A DNA stretch of 64,000 bases, taken from the NCBI GenBank assembly GCA_010356995.1, contig ML996699.1, positions 527,697-591,696 on the forward strand, read 5' to 3'. Within the stretch, counting starts at the first letter, position 1. Each line of letters begins with the position of its first letter. Below, piece after piece: positions 46,801 through 59,867 of this stretch. The translations under genes were made by a program, and so were the position numbers. This DNA is from Trichodelitschia bisporula (taxonomy: Eukaryota). The notes under the pieces are model-generated. The model saw only the letters and a program-made list of their open reading frames with translations. It had not been told where the DNA came from and ran no database searches.

Positions 46801-49800
46801 ACCAGTCATACATTTCCACGGCCAACTTCCGAACATTTTCGGCTTCGGCATCTGACCACTGCTCCATATATGCTCCTAGAATGTCCAAGGCGAGCATCAG
46901 CGCAACTTCGTGCCTCTCATATGCGTAGACCTCAAGAAATTCTGCTGACGCATGATCAAGCAGCGAGGCGGCATCAGTAGCTGTCAGGGAGAGCGATTGA
47001 AGGATTTCGAGAAAGAGCAGTCGGCAAGCGCAAAGTTCCGATGGGGAAAGCGACATCATGCGCGCGACAACGCCAGAAGGTACGGTTGGCGCAGCTTGGT
47101 CAGTGTCCATAGTTTGCGTCGCACAGGATACGAGGTGGATGTATCCGGAGATGCAAGCGCGAAATGCATTTATGTCCGATGCCGCTCCCAGTTTATCCCG
47201 TGCTGCAAGCATGTCATTATCTTTGGAGTTGCTGTTACTCGACTGGGTCTCAAACTCATCATCGACTTCCATGAAGTCGTCCCGTTCATGGAAGGATGCA
47301 GAGGCCTGCAGCTTCCGGCGGGCCTCCAAAGTTTTGGAGATTTGTACAACAAATGCTAACGGAATTGGATTGCCTTCGGCTGTCTTCAGCTGCGAGATAT
47401 CAGGCAAGTGGTCGGCAGTGAGCTCCAAGATACAATCGATTTTCTCTTTCTCGCATTCTGGTTTGGAAAGAAAGCTGTTCAGGCTTTGAATGAGCGAGTC
47501 ATTGGCTCGCCGAAGGGCGTCCCTTTTGACAACACTGGTATTGCTTGGCCATGTGGTGACGATGTCATTAAGTATGCAGAGTGAGGCAACGAGGCGGATC
47601 ATATCCGGCATAATACTCTGTCCGCGCTCGTCTGTCCATTCGATCCATTTTTCAGTGACCATTTCGGTCTCACTGAGACATGAATCAATGATCAGAGTAT
47701 CCACGGGCATCCTCGATCGGCCGGTCCGGGTGGCTGCATCATTATCTGGAGCATCGCCGGCAACAGACTGGATGTGCCCAAGTGGGTTCGACTCAACGAG
47801 CAGGAGATACTGACTGAGTCCGGACCAATCTTTGACGTGTTGGAAAGTTTGAGCAACCCTCCCGTGGTATTGGAATCTAGTAACTTTCGGTTGAGGATTT
47901 GGCCTGTTGCTACAAGCATTCAGCAGTAAAATGAGATCAGATGGCCGGCAAGTTGACGACATTTGCGCAGCATATGACTTGTCATCGAATTTACCTTCCC
48001 AAATAATAAGCAAAGATACACCATTTAGCAGAGCACTTACTTGGTACCCATTTAGCGAACACCCAGCGGACGAGTCTCTCGTATATGTCACCGGTGGAGG
48101 TTGGACTTTCAGAAGCTTGAAGATCTATGAGAGTGACCCATAGCGATGTGCTCGAATCTGATATCGCAGCAGGCCCGTTAAGCTCGACGGATGAGAAAAC
48201 GGGCTCAAGCTCGGTGGCCATAGACTCGAAACTCACAAGGCTAAGGGTGAAAAGGGTGTTCAACAGGTGGCATGCCACCCTCGAGCGCAAGGGAGAAGTC
48301 AAATTTCGCGTGCCTAGCTCCGAAACCTTCTTCCACGTCTCCCGCAAAGATGGTGATTGCGCGGACTTGAGATGCGCACACCTGGTGGAATTAGCAGATG
48401 TTGTATATGCAAATCACAACGTACCCGAGTATTGTCATCATGGCCCATGAGGAAATCGAGCTGTGCGGGTCAACCACCAGTTTGGAAAGGGTTTCAAGAA
48501 TTGCGTCAAGTTCGCTTTCAGCGAAACTGGTAAACCTGGACATGAAAGCGAGAGTTTGCAGGGCACATATCTGCCCGGGTATGGAACTCGCGCCGGAACC
48601 AGAGGACGCCTGCCGAAGGTACTCTTGGTAAAGGAGGGAGATCCTCTGTCGCTTCCTCTGCTCGCTATTTTTTTGTGCACGCAAGGAAGCCTCCTCCCTC
48701 TTCTTGCAATCTAGCAAATGCGAGTAAAAGGCCACCAGATGAAGGGTGGCCCAACTGTGTTCAGCATGGATTTTTCCATTCTGAAGATAGAACCCGTTGG
48801 CACTGAGTGGTGTATCTGGATTCGGTAGTAAGCGACAGGTCAATCCGAGGTCACCCAAAGATAGTTGATCTCGTTCACTCCGCTTTGAGTACTCGTTCTG
48901 CAGCACGTCAAGCAATCCTTCAACATCGGTCTCCAGGGCTTCCCAGGCCGGACCTGCAGCGAGATGGGCAATCTGTGCCTGGGTCAAAAGCAAAAGTACG
49001 GTTATTTCATCTTTCAGGTCGGATGCCTTCGTGGACCATAAATCCTTAGCTAGAGGAAGCACCTCTAGTGTGAACTTCGTGGTAAGCTCAATCGAAGTGT
49101 TGGCAGTAGTCGAAAGAACAGCATTGATGGTGAGGAAAGCATAGTGATGGGCTCGGCTGACGGCATCAGAGCTCCGCAAAAATCGGACCAGTAGAGTCAG
49201 GAGAGATTCGGCTCTATCTCCGATTGGGGCATTCGAAGCTCTGGTGAGCTGGCGAAGGCATATGATGAGCTCTTCCACTTCAGCCCGCTTTTCCATGGAG
49301 GGCCGGCCCCGAGAGTCACGCGTGACCAGTTTTGGAGTTGATCGGCTTCCCGACGCGATCGGGGTGCTTGCGGTTCTATGGGTCTTTGGACGGACCGCAT
49401 CCTCCACCTTCTGATCCGTGTGGTCCAGCATGAGGTCTAAGCCATCAATGCAAAAGTCAACGAGACGATGCCACCGATCTCCAAGGTGCTCGGCGTGTGG
49501 TTGGTATTCGAGAAGTATCCTCAAGGCTTTGACGTAGTCAATGCGGAGAGATGCTTCAGGGGTCCACATTTCCATGATATGGTTCAGCAAGGGCTTGAGA
49601 ACTTTCCACGGAATATTTTGGACCCCCGCAGTGACCACTGTCCTCAGTGTGCTTGCACATGCTCCGATTCGGATAGCATTGGCATTCGATATACCCTTCG
49701 CACCTTTGAACTGTGCTGTGTAAGTGTACAGCGCTTCAAAAATGCTAGCCGCTGTTTTCTCTCGGAATACTTCGGGTAGGGAAGCCTTTGGAATATTTCG

Positions 49801-49958
49801 GAAAAGGTCATTGAGTTTATTGAGACCATTGTTTCGTTCTGTGGCACTGTTCGACCTGACGCTGTCTGCGTGTTGTCAGATGGCTTACTCAATAAGCAAG
49901 ACTTTCGCGAGCTTGACGTACTCAGAATTTCTCCGAGTTCTAGGCTGTCATCTGCCAT
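40885..49958 (-). CDS. TEL1: Serine/threonine kinase Tel1/ATM (TAN, FAT, PI3K-like kinase, FATC), multi-exon
   Basis: TAN-like [12 protein letters not shown]-region [66 protein letters not shown] and FATC LAVLFA|GWSAWV*. Confidence 0.96.
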
Positions 49959-50444
49959 TTCGAAATGCGGAGGAGAGACGAGGGCGCGCTGAGAGACGCG
50001 TCCGTTGTGCGAGAGGAAATAGAAGCGTGTCGCTGAACCTGAAGCAGAGGCATTCAAAAGGAAAAATGAAAGTAACGCTTTCTAAAACAGAAGCGATCGG
50101 GTTGTGCAGAAATACTAGCAAGAGAATGGGCGTTTGTAGTCCCCACTGCGCTCGTTCATAGAAGCTTCCCCCCCCCGCGACAGATGCATCTTGGGCAGAG
50201 TCGGGGGTTCAGCTGGGATCAAAAATTGTCAAAGCTCCCGTCAGGGATTGATCCCTGCCCCCATGGCTCCCGGAGCGCCGCTGCGGCAAACTCCGCTGGC
50301 GCGCGTCTCTCCAAAAGTTCAACACCAAAGCCCAGGCAGTAAACACTTGGTCGCGCGAAGCCTTTGCCATCTTACTAGGACTTCTGCTTGTCTAAATATC
50401 AACGCAGATGCCCGCGACTCCAGCACCTCCAGCACCTCCACAGC

Positions 50445-53400
50445 ATGGCAGATAGCAGCAGCTTCGAATCCCTTGAAGGGCTGCATCGCGATCTTCTTTC
50501 GTTTCGCGACAACCACCTCCCTGACATCGAGCGCCTCGTGAATGAGCTCGCTATTCGCATAGACGAGTTCCGCAGCCTCCTAGACCAAAAACCCAAAAGC
50601 AATCAGAGTCGCCAGAATGTCTCGGAAGGTATGCTTGCTAGCTTTCGCACTCCTCTCAGTTTGCTAACGCTGGTCAGGAAACATTGAACTCGACGACGTC
50701 AAATATTCAGTAAATGACGAATTCAAACAGGGCGTTTTCCATGTCGCCGATGAGCTGGAGCTTGATGAACTCGAAACCACCAAACTACTTCTGCTAGCCC
50801 AAGACGATGCGAGAGATCTCGACCGCAGTCCTGTCGCAAGTGCGATCATCCGCTTCCACAAGAGGCGCGGCCTACTGTTAGAATGCCTCCGGCTGGCTCT
50901 GAAGATCGCCATCGACAATGAAGCCGAAGACTCCGTCGTCGCATCGGCTTTCACGGAGTTCAAGCGCCAGGTTTTGCAGCCCGAGGAGTTGGCGAACTCC
51001 AAATTCTGGCAGAAATGCCTCAATGCTATGACCGGCATCGAGGCGTGGCTTCAACGGCTCTCAGACCGCTCCCAGAGAGCCTCGATGGTGGGGCAATCCT
51101 TTTCGGCGGAAGCGATGGAGATTATAGATTTTGAGAATAAGATGTTGACCACGCAACATGAATCTCTTGCCGCAATTGCCACGTATCTCGTCCAAGACGG
51201 GTGCGCTGTTCCGGAGGACTTTCGCAACCTGCTCGTCAAGATGCGGACTCTGGACAGGGTTGACATGGTCGTCCTTCACTACCTCCCTATGCTGATAGCC
51301 TCGATATCGCGTTTCGGGACGGCCGACGGTCCTTGCCCTGACGAAGATGCCCAGTCCTTGAATCAGCTGATATTGGCTGAAAAGGAGTCGGAACACTGGA
51401 ATCTGCGGAGCTTTCATGCGGCTGTCTACATCTTCTGGACCTCGGAGTATGCTTCACGGAGCCTGCTTGCGCTTCCAGCAGCTGGGGATCAGCGAGAGAA
51501 TCCAGATGCCGAAACCGATCTCGCGAGGTTCGATACCGCGTTGCAGGATGGTGGCTTTCATTTCATACTCTCAACCGTTCAGTACATAAAGCGCAGTGAC
51601 TGGTACGATCCGACCCTCAATGGCATCCTGGAGACTCTGCTCGAGGACGCGCAACCCTTTTCCTCCGATATTGCTCCTCCGACAGAGCACTTCAAGGAAT
51701 TGGCAACCGAGCAACTGCGGATTTTTGTAGAAGCTTTCATCTCAAATACCCCCAACACTCTTCGTCATCTAAAATACGAAGAGGATAACCAGCGACGCGA
51801 ACTTCGATCCCGGTTCCAGCGACACCAGACTGAGTTCCAATACCACTTGGAACGGTTCCTCTTGATCCTGGCCTTTGCCTTTGAGGACTCTCCAGAAGAG
51901 GCCAAAGCGTTTTGGGACGATCCCGAGGGAAACCTGTACGGGTTCCTCTCGTGGGCTGCAAAGCGCCAGACGACTCCTCGGGCCGCCGCCTTTTGCGAGA
52001 TGCTCCGATCCTTATCCCAAGGCGACGAATGCGCCGATTCGGCTCACCAATTTCTTCTTGAGGAAGGGCCCTCCATTGGGGGAAAGCTCAAGCGAACTGG
52101 CTCACTTAGTTGGAACCAGATATATGCAGAGCTGGAATTCTACGCCTCGAGCATCAAGAATCGGCCAGCACCTACTCATACCGGCCAGTTCAACGGCAAC
52201 AATGCGCCCATGGATCAGGTTGTCGAACCGGAGAGCTCCGTCATGCTGGTGTCGTATCTGCGTTTAGTCACTCATCTTTGCAGGGAGAGTTCCAAGGCAC
52301 GCACCTGGGTTTTGGCCAACGAGGCGCCTAGTCTATCCGGCATCCTCCTCCAGCTTTCAGCCAGCAACATTGAAAGCCGCCTGCGCGCCTGCGCCTTCGC
52401 TACCCTTGCTTCATTACTAACTGACAAAACGCCGAAAGTCGGTGAACCCATGTGGTCCGCGCTCGATGAATGGATTTGTACGGGTAGCACGCCGGCTACG
52501 CATCCTGCACGGCCGCATCCTCAAGGGTCGCCGGCCTGGTCTGAGCAGATGATCTTCGATACGATAGCTTCGTCATTCGACGAAGCCAATGCGTTTGTCA
52601 CTCTCCTCAACAACCTCGTTGCCCCCTATCAGGTAGAAGATGTGTTGAACGATGTGCTGCCTTTTCCGGAGAGCCTTGGAGCGCAATACCGGGCTTCTGG
52701 AATTGACTCATACGTCGACTTCGTTCTCGGGAAAGTCTTTGGGGACAAGTCGCTCAAACTGGTCGATGTGGTTCAGCAGCGCTTGCTTCGTCTGAGTTGT
52801 CTTGACTTTATCGCAACATGTCTCTCAACTTTCAACGAGGATCTGGTCGTTATCGCCAACAAATCCAACTTTCCTGTGGAAGCAGCAATGAAGGCCTCGT
52901 CTTTGGAGAACTACGCCCGCCTTCATCCGTTTGCGCGGGTGATGGAGTGGCTTTTCAATGAAAGGGTCCTGACCGCCTTGTTCGCGACTTTGCACCAGGA
53001 GGCTACTGAGGTTAATGAAGCTGCCCCTGGCTCGCCATTCATTCTGTCGCTGGTGCGGAGCGTGGACGTTATGAATCTGATGCTAAGGCTGCAAACCACG
53101 TACTTCAACATTGTCCGGCCTTTGCTCAGGTCGTCAAGCGGTCGGGGATCCTCTGTTGCACATTCATCCATCTCAACCTTTGAAGATGCCATCCTCAACA
53201 ACCTTGCAATCGTCGTGGACCTTGGACTGTACTGCGGAACTGGCCATCAAGACCTGACGATCTGCTCCCTGGCATTATTGGAGAGGCTTTCATCCTCGCG
53301 GAAACTCGTCGTTTCGCCATCTGCTGGGTTTGGAAAATATTCCGACCGCAGCAAGCTGATCGGGGTGCTGGAGAAAGACGGCGAGGCCGAGAGAATAGCC

Positions 53401-55631
53401 AGGGCATTGATCCTAGAGCTGCAGATTGACCCTCGGGAGATTGAGGGCGGTGTTGCGTCGCCTGGATACATCATCAAAACCAGCATCCTCAGCTTTTTGC
53501 GCAATTGTCTTGCAGCGCTTCCTGACCGTCCGACTATTGCCCATATGCTGCTTGGCTTCAATAGCCGTACCAGCCAACTGGATATTTCCCCCGAGGGCCT
53601 CTTTGCTGAAGGCGCTTCCCTCTTCCATGCTCTTGTTCGTCTCGCCATCGAATACCCGGATACGGACATCATTCCGACAGCAGACAACCCAGGTGGTGAA
53701 GTTTCCTTTTTCGCTTGGCTCAGCTGTATCAACGACGGTGCCACGGATGTTCTCCAGCAGCTATGGCGGTCTTCTCTGTCGTCTGACCTGGCCATGACTG
53801 AACTGCGAGTGATGGACTACGTCTTCTTGCGAGCTGTAAATCAGGTCATTGTAAACCAGCACACCCTTTGGGACGGTCGGGTCTTGGGGAGCGACAATTT
53901 CTTCTTCACGGATTCTGCGGTTGCGTTGCGAAACTTCCTCCGTCAGCGAGCATCTTTCTACGATTTTGCGGCGAGAGAATTGCGAGTCACCGTAAAGGAG
54001 GGCATGTCCAGCCTGCGGGCTCGCCTCCAGGCAGCCTTGTTGGGGTCAACCAGCTTCCCAGGCGAGCAGCAGATTCGCAACCCGACGCTCTTTGATCTCT
54101 TCGACTTCATGGATTTGGAAATTGGAGGAGCCATTCAGCTCCCTAAATTCACACTGCTCAACGACCTCAACTTTGACGTCTGTTTGAAGGATCCAAACTC
54201 CAAAGTACCCGCTTACGATCTTTCACGGGCGGAAGAGATGATCCTTCTCCGCAAACATGAACTGGAAAAAGCCGACCGTCTGAAAGAGGGTACTAGCGAG
54301 GCGACCGTCTTTGGGCAAGAGGCAAACACGGTACTTCTCTGCCTGCTTGGAAAAAATCATCATAGCGAGTTGATGGCGGCCCACGGCGAAGCTCTGCAAG
54401 CCTGGAGGTGTCTTATCGTCACCGCGGCCGATGGGTTCGATCTTGACGACGTCACCAAGTCAACATTTGCCTTGCAAATCATTCAGCTGGTGTTGCCAAA
54501 GATTGAGCGGGCCTTTTCTGACGATCCCGATACGGTTGTCATGCTTGCTCGATTGATTCAGCCCTTGCTAAAATACATCGACCCTGTTCCGTCGGGAGGC
54601 CAGGCCGCCGCGGATTTAAGCAACGACCGGCTGTTCCAGGTTTTCCGCACGTTCTTGGATGGAAGCTTCAGCACAATCGCAACGGCTGAGATTCGCGAGC
54701 TCTGTTACCAGATCTCCTACCAAAGTCTTAATGTGTGCGCCAAGGTTGTGAATGAGCGCAATCAGCTCGGAAGACACACTCTGCGCACCGTCAAGCTGGC
54801 AGGAGATCGCTTGATCGATACACTTTGCGATGACGCGTATTCCGGCCAGGGGGCTTGCAGAGTCGCTGCTCTCCTGCTGCTAGACGCCCTGGTATCTGTG
54901 GCCAACCAAATGAACTCCAAGCTCTTGATCGAGCGGTTCGCACATCTTAATTTCACCGGGCTGTTGGTTGATAGCATCAAGTTCATGCCGGCAGAGCTAG
55001 GCTCGGCGCCCGCTTCTGGTATGTATTCGCCGGTATCAGCAAGCAAAGCTAACAAAGGAACAGAGATACCAGCGATACTATCGTACTACAACGCAAATCT
55101 CGCGCTGCTGTTGCGTCTTTCGCAAACGCGACTCGGCGCTAACCAGGTGCTAAACACCGGACTGTTCCGCTCTGTACGCGATTCTCAGCTCTTCTCTGCT
55201 GATCCAGACATCGGTCTCGGTATGTCTTCCGCCGGGCGGCATGGTGCCTCACTAACAGGGCCAGAAATCGAAAACCCGGATGCGCTCAAAAAGTTCTTTG
55301 ATCTTATGCTGTCCATCATCCGCGTAATCAATGCCGTCGTGCTCAGCCGGGGCCATTCCAACGACCGCACACTCAAGCTGGCGCGTGAGTTCTTGACAGA
55401 GAATCGGCAGTCCGTCGTTGGTGTCTTTAAGCGCCACGCCAGCATTGGCGGGAAATCCCACGTGGCTTACGACCTGGGCGACTTGGTCGACAACTTCACC
55501 CTGCTGATTTCGGCCACCGGCTTCCTGGAGGCAAGGCTCCCAACCCCTCTCTTACGAACTTCACTAATCTGATCTTGCAGTTCGAGGACACAAGCAGCGC
55601 CCATCGGTCTCCTTTATCCGTTTTCTCATAA
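50445..55631 (+). CDS. NUP192: Nucleoporin Nup192 (Nup205 family), with introns near 50629-50677, 55019-55063, 55220-55264 and 55531-55580 (GC-AG)
   Basis: SLEGLHRDL, LDELE, HESLAAI, FWDDPEGNLYGFLSWA, HPFARVMEWLFN, PTIAHMLLG and LFSADPDIG; very long helical ORF. Confidence 0.93.
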
Positions 55632-55836
55632 TCAGGACGGCTTGGAGTGCCTGTCTTCAATAGCCTGAGCAGTTTGGATGATATGCAAGCCTGAAAGGGT
55701 GTATAGATGTCCCTGTAGTAAATCAGCCCCAATCGGGTTCATAAAGAACCGCCCATTCCCAGCACATGCAATGCCACGTAAACGCCGTTCAGCCCAGCCC
55801 ATGCCTCAACCCTCGTCTATTTTACATCACATCCCT

Positions 55837-56415
55837 TCACGCCATCCACCCCTGCTGCCCCCACTTCGCCTCCTTCAGAATTGCACTCTCCTCATGCTGC
55901 TTCCCCAGCGCACCCGCCACATTCCGCCACTCATCCGGATGCCCACTCACATCCGCCACCTCGTCCAGCTTATACCCAAGCCTGACCACACTGAACCTCA
56001 GCAGGCGGGGATCCTTATTCCACGTCTTGCGCAGCATGTGCTGACACCGCGCACTCGCGTCAAACCGCATCACGAAGTAGTGCCCCAGCGTGTACTTGGC
56101 CGCGCGCTTGTCGGCCACTTCTTCCGTCCCTCGTCCTGGACCTTGTGTGTGTTGGCGGTCCTCGCTGCGGTTCGGCATGGCTTTGGGGAGGGCGAAGACG
56201 CCCCAGTTGGTTATGCCCCGGACGACGCCATTGGAGTTGAGCACGATGCTGCCGGCGGTGCGCGCGATTCTGGGTGGGCTGTTAGCGGCGATAAAGCGGG
56301 TGTGAGGCTGCGTACTCTTTCACTTCGGCGATTTTGCCCGGGCGGACCTATTCTTATTAGCTTAGCAGTTAAACTCGGAAGCGCGACTCACAATCCCAAT
56401 CAACTCGTACAACAT
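55837..56415 (-). CDS. MRP17: Mitochondrial ribosomal protein bS6m (Mrp17), 3 exons
   Basis: MLYELIGI|VRPGKIAEVKE|IARTAGSIVLNSNGVVRGITNWG...GHYFVMRFDAS...DPRLLRFSVVRLG. Confidence 0.9.
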
Positions 56416-56558
56416 CCTGCACAATGGTGTTTGCGCTGCGGGCGACCAAAAGTTCACCTCGCAGTCCGCAAAACCGACCCGGAAGAAAATTCTCCCGGCA
56501 CCGCCGCCTTTTCGTCATGCCTTTGCTATTGCCGGTCGGCAGCTACTTTTAACCTCGC

Positions 56559-56595
56559 CATATCTCCTCCGATATCTCCTCCGATATCTCCTCCC
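56559..56595. repeat. 12-bp tandem repeat (ATATCTCCTCCG) x3 in the MRP17/GCV3 divergent spacer
   Basis: catatctcctccgatatctcctccgatatctcctccc is directly visible. Confidence 0.85.
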
Positions 56596-56630
56596 ACCAC
56601 CCGCCCTTCCCGCCCTCCAATTCAATTAAT

Positions 56631-57278
56631 ATGGCAGCCCGAACAGCAATTGCGCGACTTACGAGCGCGGTTGTCGCTGCGCCGCGCTACGCACATATCC
56701 GTCCCGCAATGGGTGCGTTCCGGGCCGCAGGGATGCAGCGGAGGGGCTTTGCGGTGGCGGCGATGCGTGAGTTACTTGTGTGCTGGGTAGGGAGATGCTG
56801 ATGCGCATAGTGCGCGTGAAGAAGTACACCGAAGATCATGAGTGGGTGGAGTTGGGGGAGGATGGTGTCTGTACGTTCGTTCCGAGCCGGGACCGAGGGA
56901 CCCGGACGCCTTTGACTTCGAGGCGGGAGCACTTGACCAGAAGGGCTAATGCGGACAGGCAATCTGGGTATCTCAAAGTACGCTGCGAATGCGCTCGGCG
57001 ATGTTATCTACGTCGAGCTGCCGGAGTTGGATATGGAGGTCGGGTTTGGAGACACGGTGGGGGCGGTGGAGAGCGTGAAATCGGCGTCGGATATTATGGC
57101 GCCGGTGAGCGGGAAGGTGGTGGCGACGAATGAGGCGCTGGAGGAGAAGCCGGGACTCCTGAATCAGGATCCTGAGGGCGAGGGGTGGATTGCGAAGATC
57201 AAGGTTGAGCATGAGGAGGAGCTGGATGGGTTGATGGATGAGGAGGCATATATCAAATTTACTGAGGAGAGTAGTTAG
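56631..57278 (+). CDS. GCV3: Glycine cleavage system H protein, mitochondrial, 3 exons
   Basis: Arg/Ala-rich presequence, KKYTEDHEWV, GISKYAANALGDVIYVELP, lipoyl motif VESVKSASD and NQDPEGEGWI. Confidence 0.95.
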
Positions 57279-57609
57279 TGGGCTGGTACTTTGGCTGGAG
57301 TTTTGTGATGGCGGTTCAACACTTTGCCTGATAGATGGTTATGTACACATTAAACGGCCGCAATCAAGTCCAGTATCAATGAATTACGGTCTTGCAGCAT
57401 CGCTGCGCAAGGTAGATCCAATAATACCAAGTGCCTGCAAACTCTCCTTTAGACTACCCGTAGGTGTCAACAACCGGCCCGCCAACCCAACTCCCCTGTG
57501 ACCGTCCAAATCCAAAACGAACGGAAACCCCAAAAGGCATTGCCAGAAGGCATGGTATCACTCAAAAACAATATATCATGAATGTCGTCCCGCGCTCCCC
57601 AAACTCCAC

Positions 57610-59867
57610 TCAGTACACCTCCCTCCTCTGGGCAGTTCCCTCGCCCTCAAGGGCCTTCCCACCCGCATCCATGTCCTTTGAGTAGGTACCCGGGACTTCG
57701 TCAACAGAGGAGCTCTCAAGATCGTGCGCAACGCTAAGACTGCGCTCGTCATCGCCGAGCTCCAGCCAGGTATCGCTGCAGGCCGGGATGGGCGAGATCC
57801 TGCACAGACCATAGTAGACACCCGATGCGACGATGAAGCCGGCGAAGAAGTTGAGGTTGTAGATGTACTCGGCACCCTTGGGCTGCGGCGTGTTAACAGA
57901 GGCCCTGTCTTAGATGTAGCAACACTCACCACTGGCTTGCCAATAGCACCGACAAACCCCACGATATTGGGCAGAATGCCCGCAATGTACGCCACATACC
58001 CGCGCCAATGAATACCAGCAGTAAACCAGTACGGCCCCGTCCGCTTCGCAGAGTACAAGTCAGGCACCTGCATGTACCCCTTGCGCACGAAGTAGTAATC
58101 GCTGATAATGACACCGGCGATGCTGGACAGGAACACCGAGTACGCGGACAGGTAGGTTGTGAATTGATTGCTGCTCTTGAGCAGGTTCCAGGGGCACATG
58201 GCGAGGCCGACGGCGGCGCAGATGTACCCGCCGCGCCGGATGTTGAGGTACCGCGGCAGCAGCGCCGTCATGTCCGTACCGGCGGACACGGAGTTCGCGG
58301 CGATATTGGTACCCAGCTGGGCGAGTGCGAAGGCGGTCGCGATGATGAACACGCCGAAGCGCTGGCCTGAGCCGCCCTCGTCGAGGAACTGCGGGCATTA
58401 GCATTAAACCACACACCGGACGAGATGGCAAAATTACCTTGCTGAGCAAATCCAGGGGATTCCAAATGGGCTCGTTATAGATAACAGTCGAGCTCGAGGA
58501 GACGATGATGCCGATGAAGGACGTAAATGCGAAGCCGAGCGGGATGGTCACCAGCTGCGACCACAGCGCAGCCTTGCGCGTCGTCGCAAAACGGGTGAAA
58601 TCCGGGTCGTTGACGATGAGAGTCGCGAAGTTGGCAATCGCGCTCATTGTTCCCTTCACCATGCCCCAGCCGAGAGCGCTGCCCTTGGCTGTGCCGGGCT
58701 GCTTGACGATGGGCCCGATGCCGTGGGCCTTGACAATGGCCCAGATGAAGAAGGCGATACCGGCGCAGGGGACGAAGTACGCCTTCACCGTGAAGAGATG
58801 CCGGATCTTGTGCACTGGGAACCAGATGGCGGGCAAGCTGCAGAGCCAGAAGATGAAGAAGCTCGTGAAGTCGCGTGTGTTGGTACCTGAGCTCTCGGGC
58901 ATGCTGTTCGGAACGGTTTCCTGGGGAATTAGTTGGAACTAGCGGGGGTTGGAGGGGCGAGGGGATGACAACTTACCCACTTGGACCAGATGGCCCGGAT
59001 CATAAGATAGACGCAAGTGCCGCCAATCCATGCTGAAGATATTTAGTGTCACGAAAGATGTGCTGGCTGGGTCACTGACCTTGCACGCCATACCAGATGC
59101 AGGCCATGGCGGCGCGGTTAAAGACGGGCCACAAGGAACCAAAGATACCGAAGGACGAGCGGGATACGACGGGGAAACCGATGTGGTAGGTAGCACCAAT
59201 ACGGCCGGTCAAGCAGACGAAGCAAGCAGCGATGAAATACCCAATCCAGACACAGAGCCACGACTGCCACCAGGACAAGCCCCAGGACGTGATCATGGAC
59301 GACGAAATCATCCATGTATTGATGTTGAAGGAGTCGGCTGTATCACGTCAGCAAGCCTGCAAGGCTGAGAATCGTGTGATAGGATCAAAACTCACCGACC
59401 CAGAACCCGACATAATTCCAAGGACCCCATTGACGACGAGCAGGCTCGACGGGCTTCAAGTCAAAGTTGGTGAGCATCAGCTGGGTGTTGCTGAGGCCAT
59501 TCTCCTTTTCGACCTCCAGCTTCTGCATGAAGCGGCCGAACTTGGAGTGAGAAACCTTCTCCATGATGACAGTAAAGGAGGAGTGTCTTCGAGAAGGAAG
59601 AGGTTCACGAGATGCCGGCGACGGGACAGTAAAATAGTCCCGCGACGGTGTCAGGGAACTGCTGCTCTGGGCGGCGTAATGACGTGGGGTGTCTGCGCGG
59701 GGTAGGTACGAAGGTGAGGATGAGGATGAAGACGAAGCAATCAGAGGTGAGTGTTCGTCGTGATCGACAATGGATGCGAGACTGTAAAAGGAGCCTCTTG
59801 GGGATGATCCAAATGGAGATGGAAACTCGGATAGTTCAATATCACCATTTTGAGGCGGGGACGGCAT
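57610..59867 (-). CDS. NCS1-family uracil/uridine/allantoin permease (Fur4/Dal4/FurD-like), multi-exon; start either 59564 or in-frame 59867
   Basis: [88 protein letters not shown] and PWNLL. Confidence 0.93.

Noticed and set aside
708..49958. Apparent genome-maintenance or telomere cluster (CDK1, RAP1, RAD4, TEL1)
   Set aside because: The genes are dispersed over about 50 kb among unrelated genes. There is no evidence beyond chance without synteny data.
55678..56790. 370-aa plus-strand ORF
   Set aside because: Overlaps MRP17 antisense and the promoter; no protein-like features.
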